A stretch of 64,000 nucleotides of DNA from Klebsormidium nitens (taxonomy: Eukaryota; Plantae; Klebsormidiophyceae), in NCBI GenBank assembly GCA_000708835.1, contig DF237191.1, positions 62,001-126,000 on the forward strand. The letters are read 5' to 3'. The notes below the pieces were generated by a model. The model saw nothing but the letters and a program-made list of their open reading frames with translations, had not been told where the DNA came from and searched no databases. Both the position numbers and the translations under genes were made by a program. Positions 45,041 to 57,800 of the stretch are shown piece by piece (positions within the stretch are counted from its first letter, which is position 1; each line of letters opens with the position of its first letter).

Positions 45041-45814
45041 CAGTGAGCAGCCTAGCTGGATGTGCACCGCCGTAAATTTCGATGCGCTGGTCACAATCAA
45101 AGTCCTTCTACGAAAATTAATTGGCGTGTTCAAGGCCCAAGCTAGTGTACTTAATGTACCCCAACACGTGGTTGAGACGCAGCTGCCAGCACCTTGCAAG
45201 CTTATATCACAATTAATTCACAGCTCGGCAAAGGTACACCGGCGCAGGCGTCCCGGACTTCTCGGCCTTGTCTAATGGTATGTACGTGCACATGCTAGGT
45301 ATGTACTGTGTACACTTGGGACGGCACCCTTAAAGACGAACGAGGCAGGGTGCAAGGCTTGAGCCCCTGGGGCCTGTACGGTAGGCTGTCAGCCACACTG
45401 TAGCTGTGACGGTAAGTTGACGTACACCCCTTGAAATTCAATGCAGCCACATCAAGTGGGCAATTGCGCTTGCATCACAAACTGATCTGGTGCCGCTTGT
45501 TGAACATGTTTTCCAAATTCATCTCTAGAGTCTACAGCATGCAGCTGGCGCAGGCAAAAGAGACGGGGTGCAACGTACTGCTTTCAGACGCGCAATCCAC
45601 TTTCCTCCTTGCAAAGATTTTGAATCGAGTTTGCTGTGACATTGCCAACAATTTTATCCTCTGTTAGCAGTCAAGCCGGCGCAAGCAACGTATAACCTAT
45701 GCGCTTCTTGCTTGAATGAGGAATGAAGTAAATGAAATAGGTAGTAGTAAGTCCTCCGTCCATTGCAGGTGTTGGAAGACACTGTAGCGAGCGCTGATCT
45801 GCTCCGGAGCAACG

Positions 45815-48800
45815 ATGCAGCTCCTCACAGCTATCGATGCGCTCTCTCTCTTCCTCGCCCCTCGGGCGGCGCGCGCGGTGCTCGCAGCGGCAGCAGTGTC
45901 CCTGGCTCTCTCTACCTTCATAACACATTCGCTTAGCGCTGGTGACGTCAGGGCCCTGCCGTCCCTCCAAATGGGCGCCAGACTGGTGACGCAGCTCCTG
46001 GCGCTGCGGCTTGGCCTTGTTCTCTCAACGCTCCTCCACGAGTGGGCCCATTTGGCTGCTGGCGCCGCCATACTCATCACCCGCAAGGCCTTCTGGCTGG
46101 AGAAAAACGCACTTGCAAGGGCCTGGTTCAGCCTGAGCAATGTGCTGGGAAACGTGCCTGTTTCTAGTTGGCTCGCGTGTCTTGTGCCCTTTACCCCCCT
46201 CCCAGAAAGCGTGCAGCCTGTGGTGGTGCTTAGAGGAAAGGGGGCAGCAGAATCTGACAGTCAGTCAGGCCACAAGGGAGGTCATGCTGAGACGGGGTTT
46301 TTAGATGCTCAGGACACGTTCGTTCGCCTTGGGGGGTGGTTTGTCTCCGGAGTATGCTGCGTTTTGATGTGGATGGTTGCGCACAAAGCAGGTGAGAGTG
46401 GGTAGCTGCCACTCAATGCCTCTAAGTCTTGAGTTACTTTTCTGCTTTGCAAGACCTGGCGGTTTTTCCTCCGGCTGCATCCACTGTAAGATGCATCTCA
46501 ATGCTTCATGGAACCAGGCAAAGAGGTGTGTTGAGAAGAAAGTAGTGCTGGCTGGATCTATATTGTCTGAAAGACTTGCTCAACACCTACATCCTGTGTA
46601 TGCAGCTAGAGTGGATGATAGAACCTTTGGTCGGACCCTGATGCTTCAAAAATAAAAGAACAAGCACTTGACTCAGGCCACATAGCTCTTTCAAGGTTGC
46701 AGACGATAATCCAGATGAGTCATCGGTTTATTGCCCCTGTTGAAGTAGTCTCAGCTAGGTCATGCGATGAGAATGGTGTTTTCAAAAGTACTTGTTCTGA
46801 AACTTACAAAGTACGTCAGAGGATCAAAACCCTTAAAACTTGGTATGCTTTGCGTCTTGTCTCCCGCGGGTCTAAACATGTGGCATCGGTTGACTGCGCA
46901 GATGGAAACCTGTGGGGCCTGTTCGTCAGCAATGTGCTAAAGGTAAAGCCACAGAAGTTTCATGCCCAAACTATCTCAACATGCTGAAAAGTTTTGAGCA
47001 AACAATGTGCTCTGACCGCAAGGCTTTAAGCAATGAGTTCTAGCCTGCTTCTTCAATCCCTAATTCTGGCTTCACTCTTTAGTACAATTCTCCGCAACTG
47101 CGATGCTCCGTGCTATTGCTTTCTATAACAAGGCTTCAAAGCAACCCACATGATTTGAAGGAGGAGTCTTAGGGTTTCCACATTCTGGAGTGATAAGCTC
47201 ATCAAGAGTACAAGCAGAGCTGATGTTCACGGACCTGCAGAGGTGAAGTCGCTGCCAGCAAGTCATTGCGTAGGTCTAGAAAAGGGAATCTGAAGGATGT
47301 CTGAGCTTCCAAAGGAGGAATCCAGATGCTTGGCGAAACAGCATCAGAACCGGGAAGTGTTTCCAGATCCACTACTTCTCTATATGTAGGGCTGTTTGTA
47401 CACTTTCGCCGGCGCCTGTGCGAGCGACCTCTACGAAGTCCTGACAGGTAGCGCCACAAAGGGCCACTTCCGCTGCGGTAACTTTGGGCTCATCCTGGTG
47501 AAGAGCGTCCGCGAAGGGTGAGCCTTGGGGCCTCTTCAAAAGTGCTCTTTCATTTTTGCAGCCTCTTATCTCTCTCATTTTGGTTATTACTCTAAAGATA
47601 AGACCTGACTCAGCAAACTGGTGCACTCTAGCGAGATCCCCTTTTGCGGACCTTACTCTCGCTAAAGAAAGGGACCCACATATCAGCCGTTCTTCTGCGA
47701 GGAGAGGCGCGGCCGCTTTCATCAGTCAACTTGCACATGCTAAAGCTGATTCGATCGGAGAGTCAAGCGAAACATATCGGGCTACACGAACTGCCCCATT
47801 GATCATATCCCAGGTTTTCTTTGAACCACACAAGCCATAACGGTTCCCTCAAGCACGACCTACCGTAAACCGTGAACTCCTCCTTATCAAAGAGAACTTT
47901 GATTGGCAGACCTCAATCATTCTCCGAGAATGCAAGCAAAAGCTGCCTTCTCCACTTGCTTTGCAGGGCGAAGCAGTTGGATATCTTTGCGGCACTGTCG
48001 AGCATGTGCGGCATTTCCAGTCAGCGGGGAGGCCAATCGGGCGGGCTCGTGACGTACGTCAAGAAGTCGGACACGTGCACCGTTGGCGTGCGTGCGAGGA
48101 TTGTACCCTCCAAGAGAGTGTCCGTGGCTGACAAGGTGCAGAGAACGACTGATCTAGACGGAAATCGCTTTATATCTGTCACAAAAACCGAAGAAACGAT
48201 TAGACAAGTGAACTGCGTTTTGAGCGGGATTCTTGGCACAAACAAATAAAGGCATTGAGGAATGACAGACTGATAGGTACATTCAAGTTAGCAGCGAATA
48301 ATGAACCACTGAGATTTGCCGCGTACAATTCCTTCGAACTGCGGCAGACTTACACCTGGTCGAGATCCGAAGCGGTCTTTTTGGTTGCTGAAATCCGGAG
48401 AGGCCTTCGTCAGGTTTCTTCCTGAACCACCGCAAGTTCTCCTCCACATCGCAAAAAAGTCATTCCCGCCGTTTGCCAGAATCACTCATATGACGACCAT
48501 GCTCATCTCGACTTCTTCAAACTCGACCAAAACCTACCCCATTAAGACGAGTCTGTCTGAGAGGGGACTGACTCGTGATTACCGCAGACCGTGAGTGAAG
48601 AGATCCCTGTCATTTCCAGAAAACATTCCTCCGGCTAGCTGTGTCAAGGTAAACAATTCCTGTGGCAGCTCCTCTCAACACTCCGGCGCCTCATCTGGTG
48701 GGAGAAGGCCAAGGCGAAGCTCACTGGCCACGTCAGCACCGAAGAAAACCCGGTGCAGATGTTCCTAGGGCACACGCGCTTTGCAACCTCGAGGTACGGA

Positions 48801-51800
48801 CAGAATGAACACCTTTCTCTCGATATCCCATTTTATCAGAATTACGGCCTCGTTGGAAAATGTTGACTTTTGAAGGTCGTCGTCACGGGCAGCATGCAGT
48901 GGACGAAGAGAAGATCCTGAAGTATCCCATTTCGCCTGCCCACTCGATTTGGCCTTTGAAACTTTTGTGTGCCTTTTCTTTGCGCATAGCTCCCGATATT
49001 ACGGCCCGGGTCAGGAACCTTTCAAATGCCCAGAAGTTTATTGGAGTTCTTCAGGTAGGATGCTTGGAAGAACGACGACCTCATGTCACGCTTCCAAGAC
49101 GATCAAAATTCTCACTTAAGCCGACTTGCCTAAAGCTTATAGTATAGTATATAGTTTGCGCCCTGCAACAGCTTATACGTTTCACTTCGAAACCCTGCAC
49201 CTCATTTCCGGGGGGGCCGGCGTAGCACCCACGTCACTGACCGTCAGGCAATAAGGGGATGAACAATTTCGCAGGAGGGTCGGTTCGAAGCTTCTGCTGA
49301 CGTCACTCGTCCGGTGACGGAAAGTTGCATTCAGTCACAATCAAGTCACCCTTGGATCATTCTTCACACATACGCCGACGCCCTCATTCAACCATCCTCT
49401 AACCCAATTCACTGACCCTCCTCTTTCTCCCGCAGCATTCCCAGCCCCAACGAGTCGCACCCGCACCAATGGTCCCCCCCCCTCCCCGTCACGCACTGGC
49501 AGCACCCCCCCTCGGCGCAAGTTCCCACGCCCGCCGCCACCCAATTTAGCCTATTTGTCACCCATAACGGCGACTTTGAGTTTTGGAACCTGTACGGTTC
49601 GGACCGGACCCACAACGAGATGGCGGCGTTTTTGGAAAAGGCCCTGTGCCGGCCGGCGCCGGCGCAGTGTGACAGCGTTGTCGTGGCGGGAGTGGTGGAG
49701 CTGCTGCGGACACAGGGCCTCTGGGGAGCAGCGCTGCGTCTCGCCTTCTTTCAAGTGAGCGCCAGACCGGGTCTCATGTATTCTTTGCTCCACGAATTTG
49801 GTTCTGTATGATTGATCTGTTTGCTTTTTTTGACCTCTTCTGAAAGCCGACGAAAATAGGTCGAGGTGTCGCTTTTGTTACCCAACTTAGAGTTTTCAAG
49901 TTGGTTTCATGAATCCTTGAAGGGCGAAGGCCACTCTTGCGTATGAAGAAGTTAGAATCAGCGATTTCAAAACCTGCGACTGAGCAGAAGCATACCGCCG
50001 CCTAGACGTTCGTCCTTCCAAACTGTGCCGAACCCTGTCGGTTTTATGCTTGAATTGTAGAACACTGTTCTCAAGCAACTTTCCAATTTGGACAGTCCAC
50101 TTCCTGGTTCAGCATTGGCCGCCCCTCTTTCCCACGTCAAAATGGGCCAATCTTTTGGTCTCGCAAGCTCCCTGATCCATTATTTGTGCCTTTGCCTTCA
50201 CGTCACGGTACAAACTCGGACCTGGAACGAGCAGTGTGAGCAAATGTGGCTTCTTTGTACTGATTCTTGCGTACTGTCCGGGTATTACAGACGGTGGTTA
50301 CCAATTTCTCGGACGTCCTCGACAGCAGCAATGCAGGCCTTGTCATCCCGGACGCCGCCGCTCAGAAGGCTATGGCCGCTGTTGCCGATGCCGCTTACAA
50401 GGCCTTTTTAGAAGGGGCCCAGGAAACCACCCCCGACGAAGAGAAGGGCGGGAAAGGGGCGGCCGGCTATGAAGACGGAGAGGGCTTCGCCCGTACGCTA
50501 TGCCAGGAAATGCGCGCAAACGGACCAGGTGAGCCTTCGGTAAACATAGATATGAGGTTCTTTCTGCCCAAAATTGGCGTGCAGACGGCCAAAGTAGGGC
50601 GCCGATTCTCCCATTACTAGCGAACACTCAGAAAACCCCATGAATGTTCTTACATGGCATAAGGATTTTCCTTCAGATTCGTTGCTTTCTTGAAAAGAAG
50701 CTCTTTTTGTCTGGTCGCAGCTCCCTTGAAGGCCCTGCCAGAGGCGCAGCTGCAGGCGCTGTGCAGCCAGGCGGTGGTTAACTTCACCGAGAACGACTTG
50801 TACACCGCCGTCAAGAAGTTCCTCTTCCGAGCCAAGGTGAGAGCCAGCCTCTCAGAACTCTGCTCATAAGAGTCCGACGGGTTCATTCGGGCAGCAGAGC
50901 CGTGCACAAAAGCGCAGAAGGTGAACCTCTGCATAGCACGAATACCGAAACGTCAGAAGTATCTCGCCGAGCGTTGAGGTGAGGAATATAAGGCTGAGCG
51001 GGTGCGAATTGCAGAGGGTTTGGCTCGTAAACAAAAAAGAATCGCAACGACAAAGTCGTCTGCCCGTGTCAGATATAATAGAGGGGACGCTTCAATGTGA
51101 AACCTGGGCCACTGTGGATATGCAGATGCACTCTTGAAGAAGCCCAACATAGCCCGGCCCCATCTCTCGCGTTTGTGATGTGCTCTAAGTCCTGACCATC
51201 AAAGAGACGCTGAATGACGTAATACTGCCTGGTAACACGCACGGAGTCTTTCCGACCTGGCAATCAATGGGCGACTCTAAGGGAAGCCTCGCCTGCTACA
51301 AAGCTGCTTTCGTGCTTCATGAACGTGGTGTCAATTCCGGTGCTGCTCCCTGCAGGGATCCTTTGGGCTGGTCGTCACCACGAGCATTGACACCGATCGC
51401 GTGGCCATGGCTGCGTTGAACCAGACCATGTCTATGGGCTTCTCGAAGGAGTACCGAACAGTCCTCTACAGGTACTCTTGTCCGAGAGTCTGATTGGCTG
51501 GTTACTGCGTTTTGCATTACTCTGGTCATTTGATGCCTAGGTATTTGCCTCAGTCAGCTTCCTCAGAAGATCTCGGGAGCGAGAATGCTTCACTGAGAGC
51601 CTGAAGCCAGATACAATAAAACAGGCGCACAGACTGAACGGCTGATTTGCACACCCTTTGCATGGCCGCCGCCGAGAGCCATTGTGATTAACTTTCACAG
51701 ATCTCTACAAAATCTGGACGTCCGAGAATGTTTTCATCATCCAGCATCACGCTAACAGCTTCCAAAGCCCACGGAATCTGAACCATTCTCTGCTCCCCGG

Positions 51801-54800
51801 ACTCTGACGGCCAATCTTTTCCCAGTTCCGAGGCGTGCGGCCTCAAATCGTTCCTGCAACCCGCGGGGAGTTCGGCCACTGTCTCTGAAGACCAAGTGAC
51901 TCATGTTTTCAACCTCGACGAGGGTGGAGGGGAGGTTCTGGAAGTCGTGCTTTTGGATGAGAATGCCCCCAAGGGAAGCACGGTGACTGGCGCCTTGTTT
52001 CAGGTAAGTACGAGCAAACGCTGTGAGAATTTTCTACAAGATGTGTGGGAAGCCGCATCCCTTGAATCCTTTCTGCGCATTTGGGCTACTGAGAACCGGC
52101 CCCAATAAATGTAAGCGAGCGGTGAGTCTGTCTACGAAGCCAGAGGACTTGCCGCTTGACCATCGAAGTTTTCGTATCTCCAGTCGTTGGACGAGTGGAT
52201 TCTTGGAATTTAGAGTTGCGCCCCTTCGAAACGAAGCAGGATTGCTTGATCATGCGGCGTCGCGGATTTACCGAAGCAGACCTCCGATTGACCGCTCTGG
52301 TGTCCTCGCTTCTCCAGAGAATCGTTCCGCTACGTTGACACTTTGCACTGCGGCGCCGAGATCGGGTTTTGGACTGTCATGAGTACGCTCGTCGCCTTGA
52401 GAAGCTTCGGTGTGGCCGCCATTTCGCCGACGGCAACTACGTAGACATGGGTACTTCAAAAGAGGTACAGAGAAGAGCAGACGGTCCTGGGTGGAAGCCA
52501 CGTGTCACAATGCAAAGATTCCTATCTCAGAGGAGTGCCACGTGTCACCCATGCAGTTGAACGACTCGTTACAGAGCGGCGCAGCCCTGGCCGCACCCGT
52601 GACCGACCAAGCCGCCTTCCTGCACGAAACGACCGGCTTCGACCCCTTTGAAGGCACCGCGGCAGCGGCAGGCGATGCCTACGTCAGCATGAAGGTGTAC
52701 CGGCTCAAGGACCAAGCGACGATGACGCAGGTACGACTTCGTTCGACTGAAACAATCGTCTGTTGCTCGGGAAACTACGACGTGTTTGCTTTCTCCAGAT
52801 TCTAGGGATACAAATTAGACAATTGTCTCGGGTTTAGGCAAATCGAGTAGGGCACAGGTAGCGAAGAAGTGTATCTTAAGTTTAGATGCCTTTGACACCC
52901 ATTCGGCGCTCACTTTCAACCTCCTTTCCCTGCCTCGTGGGAACACGTTCGGTTTACGAGATTCTCAGAGCGAGCGACAATATTACGTTTGAAAACCTTT
53001 GCATCGAAAGGTGCGCAATGTCTCGCGCTCCTAAAATGATCTGACGCTGCTCATGCCCTATGTTCTCGAAACGCTGCCCTATGCTTTCAAAAGACATCCA
53101 AAATGTTCCACTGTAAGCATCCAACTCTGAAGCCTCGGAACACCGATAAATCTGCAAGAAAAGTCTTCAAGAGCAGCATCGCGGCCTCGTGCTTCTGGCA
53201 AGCTATCTGGCAAAGCTGACTCTCTACTTAGCCGTTCGTTTCCCCTGTGTAGGCCGACTTCATCAGCTCTGGGCGCTTCACCGCCGTGAGCGATAACGAG
53301 TACCTGCCGTTCAAGATCCCGCCCCCAGTTAAGGACGTCGTGGGCCAGGACATTGCGGTAAGAATAAGTCTCGGTTTTAGTACTTTTAGTTTTTGCAAAG
53401 TTGCGCTTGAGGAACGAGATGAAAAGGGGAAGGACGCACTTTACTGAAACCCCAGAAATTAACTACCTGCTCCGCACCCTTTCCCACCCATCCCGCGAGC
53501 TGACCCCCCCCGTCCCCCGGACACTGACATTTTTCAGCTTAGCTGTGACATCGGTACTACTGCGGGAAAGAACAGCAGAAGATGGTTCTGCTCATAAGCA
53601 CTCTCGGTTAAGTGCTTTTTATCCGGGGTTTAACCAGGGTCGGCTGGTAGCAAGGCCCCTGGCCCCTGGCCGCTAACTAGATTTAGTAGGAACCAAGCAG
53701 CTTCGTCGCACTGGAGCCTTTCATTTGGCCGTGGAAGATCCACCGTTGCTTTGCGCAGAATTTGGCGTCGCGGAAACTGCTTCCATGCAAACTTCTTTGG
53801 AAGCTCCTGGATCAACTTATTGCGCGTTCTTCAACCGAACTTGAGCTTTGAAGGCTTACAGATCCTTTGAATTGAAGCTCTTTGACCTTTTTTAGCCTTC
53901 CAGCCCAACGGTTCCAAGGAGACTAGCAAAACATGCTTCGATGATTGCAGGGACCATTCTATCGTCGAAAGAGGAGAACTCTCTTGCAAGGACTGTGGTG
54001 TTCGGAAGGAGTACAGGCGCCTCTAATACCCGCCAGCCGCCCGTGCTAATTTCCGCCTCCCTGTCCCATAGGATATCCCCGCCGTCATCTCGGAGATCCG
54101 CGCGCAGTGGGCGGACAAGCTGTCCCTCAACCGGCGCACCGCGGCCGCGTTCTTCGACGCGCTCAAGGGGCGCGTGCTCGAATACCACCGCGAGCACAAG
54201 CGCGAGATGGTGATTGACGTCGTCATCACGGGATGCGAGAGCAGCCTCTGGATCGCGGAGCAGTTTGCGTCCGACCTTATGAACAGTACGTCGGCATATC
54301 CAAGACCGCTCGTCTTGTTCATCTCTTGAGCTGACAGTGGGCTTGGGGCTTCCGGTTGAGACCAGAATCAAGATGCAGTCCGTAGGAAGAAATGCGATGC
54401 CCTCATAAGACCGTGAATAAGATCTCCTTGCCAACAGAAGGAAACAGTTCTTGAATGTCGCTGTTCATGTTTTTCCGACGCTGCGCTCGATATTTGACGG
54501 CCAATCCCGCTCCATTCCGCACGTGCCAATTTCGCATTCCACGGGTATAAGTCCTGCAGAGATTCTCTCTCTTTCAGTCGTCCTGGAATGTACGCTGATG
54601 TACGAGCTTCCAACCTGATTCTGAAGTCGTCCTTGAGAAGGCTTGTCAGAATGGTACTTGTGTCGGAAGGCCTCTATGCTCAGTTAGCCTCCCTGTTCTA
54701 TCTTCATCCCCACCCTGCAATACTGCTACAGCTCCAACTCAAGATATCGTTGGAATCATGTCCTTAACTAACTCATCCAGGTCTTGGCCCACTGATAAAA

Positions 54801-57800
54801 TGAACCTATCCATGGCCCAGTAACTGAAGACGTGCAACCTCGTGCCCCGCAGCGTTCCCCAGCTCTACATCAAGGCCATTTCGTCCAACAAAGCCACCAA
54901 AGCAATACCAGAAAAAGCTGCAAAGGTATCATTATCCGATTTGCATGCAACAAAACCGTCAACTTTTCTGCCCCGCAGTGTTCCCCCAGCTGTACGTTGC
55001 CGCCATATCGTCGAACAAGGTGATCCAGATCCTGGGCAGCAACAAGGGGCGCATCTCCGCGGCCGGCTTCGCGTTCGGCAGCCTGGCGCAGTACCTCGAC
55101 ACCGCCGTCGTGCTCTGCATCTCGCAGTCGGGGCAGACCTTCCCCACCCTGCACGCCACGCGCATCCTCCTCAAGCAGTGCCCGGGGTGAGTCCCCGGTC
55201 GATAGCACAGTCTCTGCGAAAGAAGCTCTCGGCGCTCTGAATTACGGCGAGGTATCTTTTAGCTCGAGCTCTTTACCGCGTGGCTAGGCGTTTAAAGCAG
55301 ATTCTGCACGCCACGCGCATCCTCCCTCAAGCAGTGCCGGGGTAAGCTACCGGTCGATGGCAGCGTTTCTGCCGAAGAAGCTCTTCGCGCTCTGAAAATA
55401 CGTCGAGGTATCTTTTTAGCTCGAACTCTCTATCGCGTGGTCAGGCGCTTCGATTCCGACCCTGCACGCCGCGCGCATCCTCCTCAAGCAGTGCCCGGGG
55501 TAAACCACCGGTCATCATACAGTAGACCTTCATTTTCGAAGCACCCGTTGGCATGTCGAGAAAAACTCCTTATCGTGTTCGCGGGACGGTCGCTTCCAAT
55601 CGCAGACACGAACTTCAGAGCCCTGCAGTACGCGTGTGGAACGTCAAAAACAGAGTTTCTTTTCGACCTGGCGCCTTGTTCTTGTTTCTGAAGATGTAAT
55701 TTCCGATTTACCTTTCAATTTTAGGTCGTTGACTTTCTGGGCAATCATTGAGGCAACCTCATAAGAAATGAAAACTTTTCGGTCGTCTTTCTGAGTTCGT
55801 TTACTGATTAAGGTCCTGAGTCCACGCGCGGCATAACAGATGCACAAACGAAGCGTCATGAAACTTGCGCCTAATCGTTATCGAGTCCTTCTTTCTGCAC
55901 AATACTCTTCCAGATTCAACCCACTGAACCAGTTCTCGGAAACACCAGAGAATAAAGAGCGAACAGGAAAGCAGGGTCTAGCAAACCCATCATCTTTTCC
56001 CATTTCCCCAGGCGCGTGTTCGTGTGCGTGGGCATGATCGACAGCAAGATGAGCGAGGTCGTGGGCCAGAGCAGCACAAAAGGCGCGCCCTTTTGCGCGC
56101 GCATCTTCACCAACTGCGCGGGCTGGCGCGTCGCGGAGCCCGCCAGTGTCTCGTGCGTGGCGACCCATCAGACCCTCACGGAGCTCATGCTCTTCCTGGC
56201 GCGGCAAATGCAGGTAAGCGGCGCAGGAAACTTGTCCAAGCGACGCTTGATCAAGAGGGCGCGCCCCCCCCACCTTGCTCTACGGCGACACAATAACCTG
56301 GACACCTGACAGAGTGTCGCTGCGAGTCTGAAAAAATGGAGCCCCCGCTATCTGATCGCGGGGACAAAGGGTGTTATGGTGCCCTCGGTTGACAAGCGTT
56401 GATGTGCTTCCTTTCGTCAGCGGAACGGTCTCTGGCTTGGGACCGGTTTCTGATCTTAGAATTGCCGCATCATAATGGTGTCCTTTATCTGCGGGTTTCC
56501 TTTGCTTTATTGTCAGATTTTGTCCTGCTTTGAAAATCTTTGAAGATCTTTAAAGTTTCGCAACATGTCAGCCCGCTTATGATACAAACATTCTGGCCTT
56601 GCGGTCACTTTGCCAATGCAAAGCAACTCTGTTAGTTAACAGTCTTCCAGCCTTTCCGTTTGACATCACCGGCCTTCTCAAAGAGCACCCCGTTCTGGTT
56701 CCTGCAAAACCCTGCATAACCCCGCTGGTCATCTTCGCACATTGGATATGGAATCGCATCCGCTGGGCATGCGGATGAGCATCAAAGACGTCATTCTCAC
56801 AAACCTGCAATTCCGTGGTTATCCTCGCCGGTTAGCGTCGGCATCGCAAACCCGCTGGCATGCGGATGAGCTTCAGAACCTTAAAATCCTACAAACCCGG
56901 CATATCCGTGGTTATTTCGCAGGTTAACTTTGGCCTCGCAAATCCGCTGGGCATGCGGCTGAGCATCAAAGACGTGCGGGATGTGGAGGCGGTTAACCAG
57001 GTGTTTGGGGTGGGGGTCGGCGAGCTGACGGGAGAGAACCCGGACGCAACCGTCTATAAGGATCTCATAGCCCAAGGCCGACACGTAAGCGATCCTTTCA
57101 TTTCCTGTTCCGGTTTTCTTTATCTGTTTTGCATTCAACACAACGAATTGAATCCTAGAGATCATTGAGGAGGCTATCTGAATACAGGCAACTGCTACAC
57201 AGAAGCCAGCGCGTGAGCGATTCGCATTTCTGGAGTTCCGACCTTTACGGCCTGGGTTCATACCTCTCATGAAGCTAAGCTCTGCACTCCATAGAACCCA
57301 AATCGCCGCGACCGTTCACAGAGACAATCTACAAGGTCGCGCACATATCCGGTGACTAGAGTCCTGGAAGACAGGCGGACGATCTGGCTCGTTTGACCAT
57401 TTTCAAAGAAAGATCTGGGAGGTCTAAGAGAGTCGCTTTCGCCCACGGATCTGACCCTGTGGTTAGCAACCTTAATTGAATCGTAAAACCCTGTCCGAGT
57501 TGCTTTTGCTCCGGCCGCAGTGGGGGTGGCACATCCTGGAGGGCCCCATCGTGTGGCTCATGTGCGCGGCTTACATCATCGGCACCGTGACGTCACACTT
57601 CCCGCTGTTCCACGACATCTGGCTGCTGCTCCAGCTGGGCTTCGGTAAGGTTCCGTGCGATCGACGCAAGGGCTGATAACCCCAGAGCGTCCTGTGAATC
57701 TCCGATTGAGAAGCTCTGTTTGCAAACATCACATAAGGAAGAAACCCCAATCATTCCGCTCCGTCTAGTGGAGGATATCAGAAATTACTCATGACCGCTC

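Noticed and set aside
47994-48040. MCGISSQRG as the N-terminal MCG motif of a standalone amidotransferase
   Set aside because: It aligns with the internal RG-x-x-S/A-G motif region. The true Cys1 motif is CGNFGLI at 47474 in the preceding exon.
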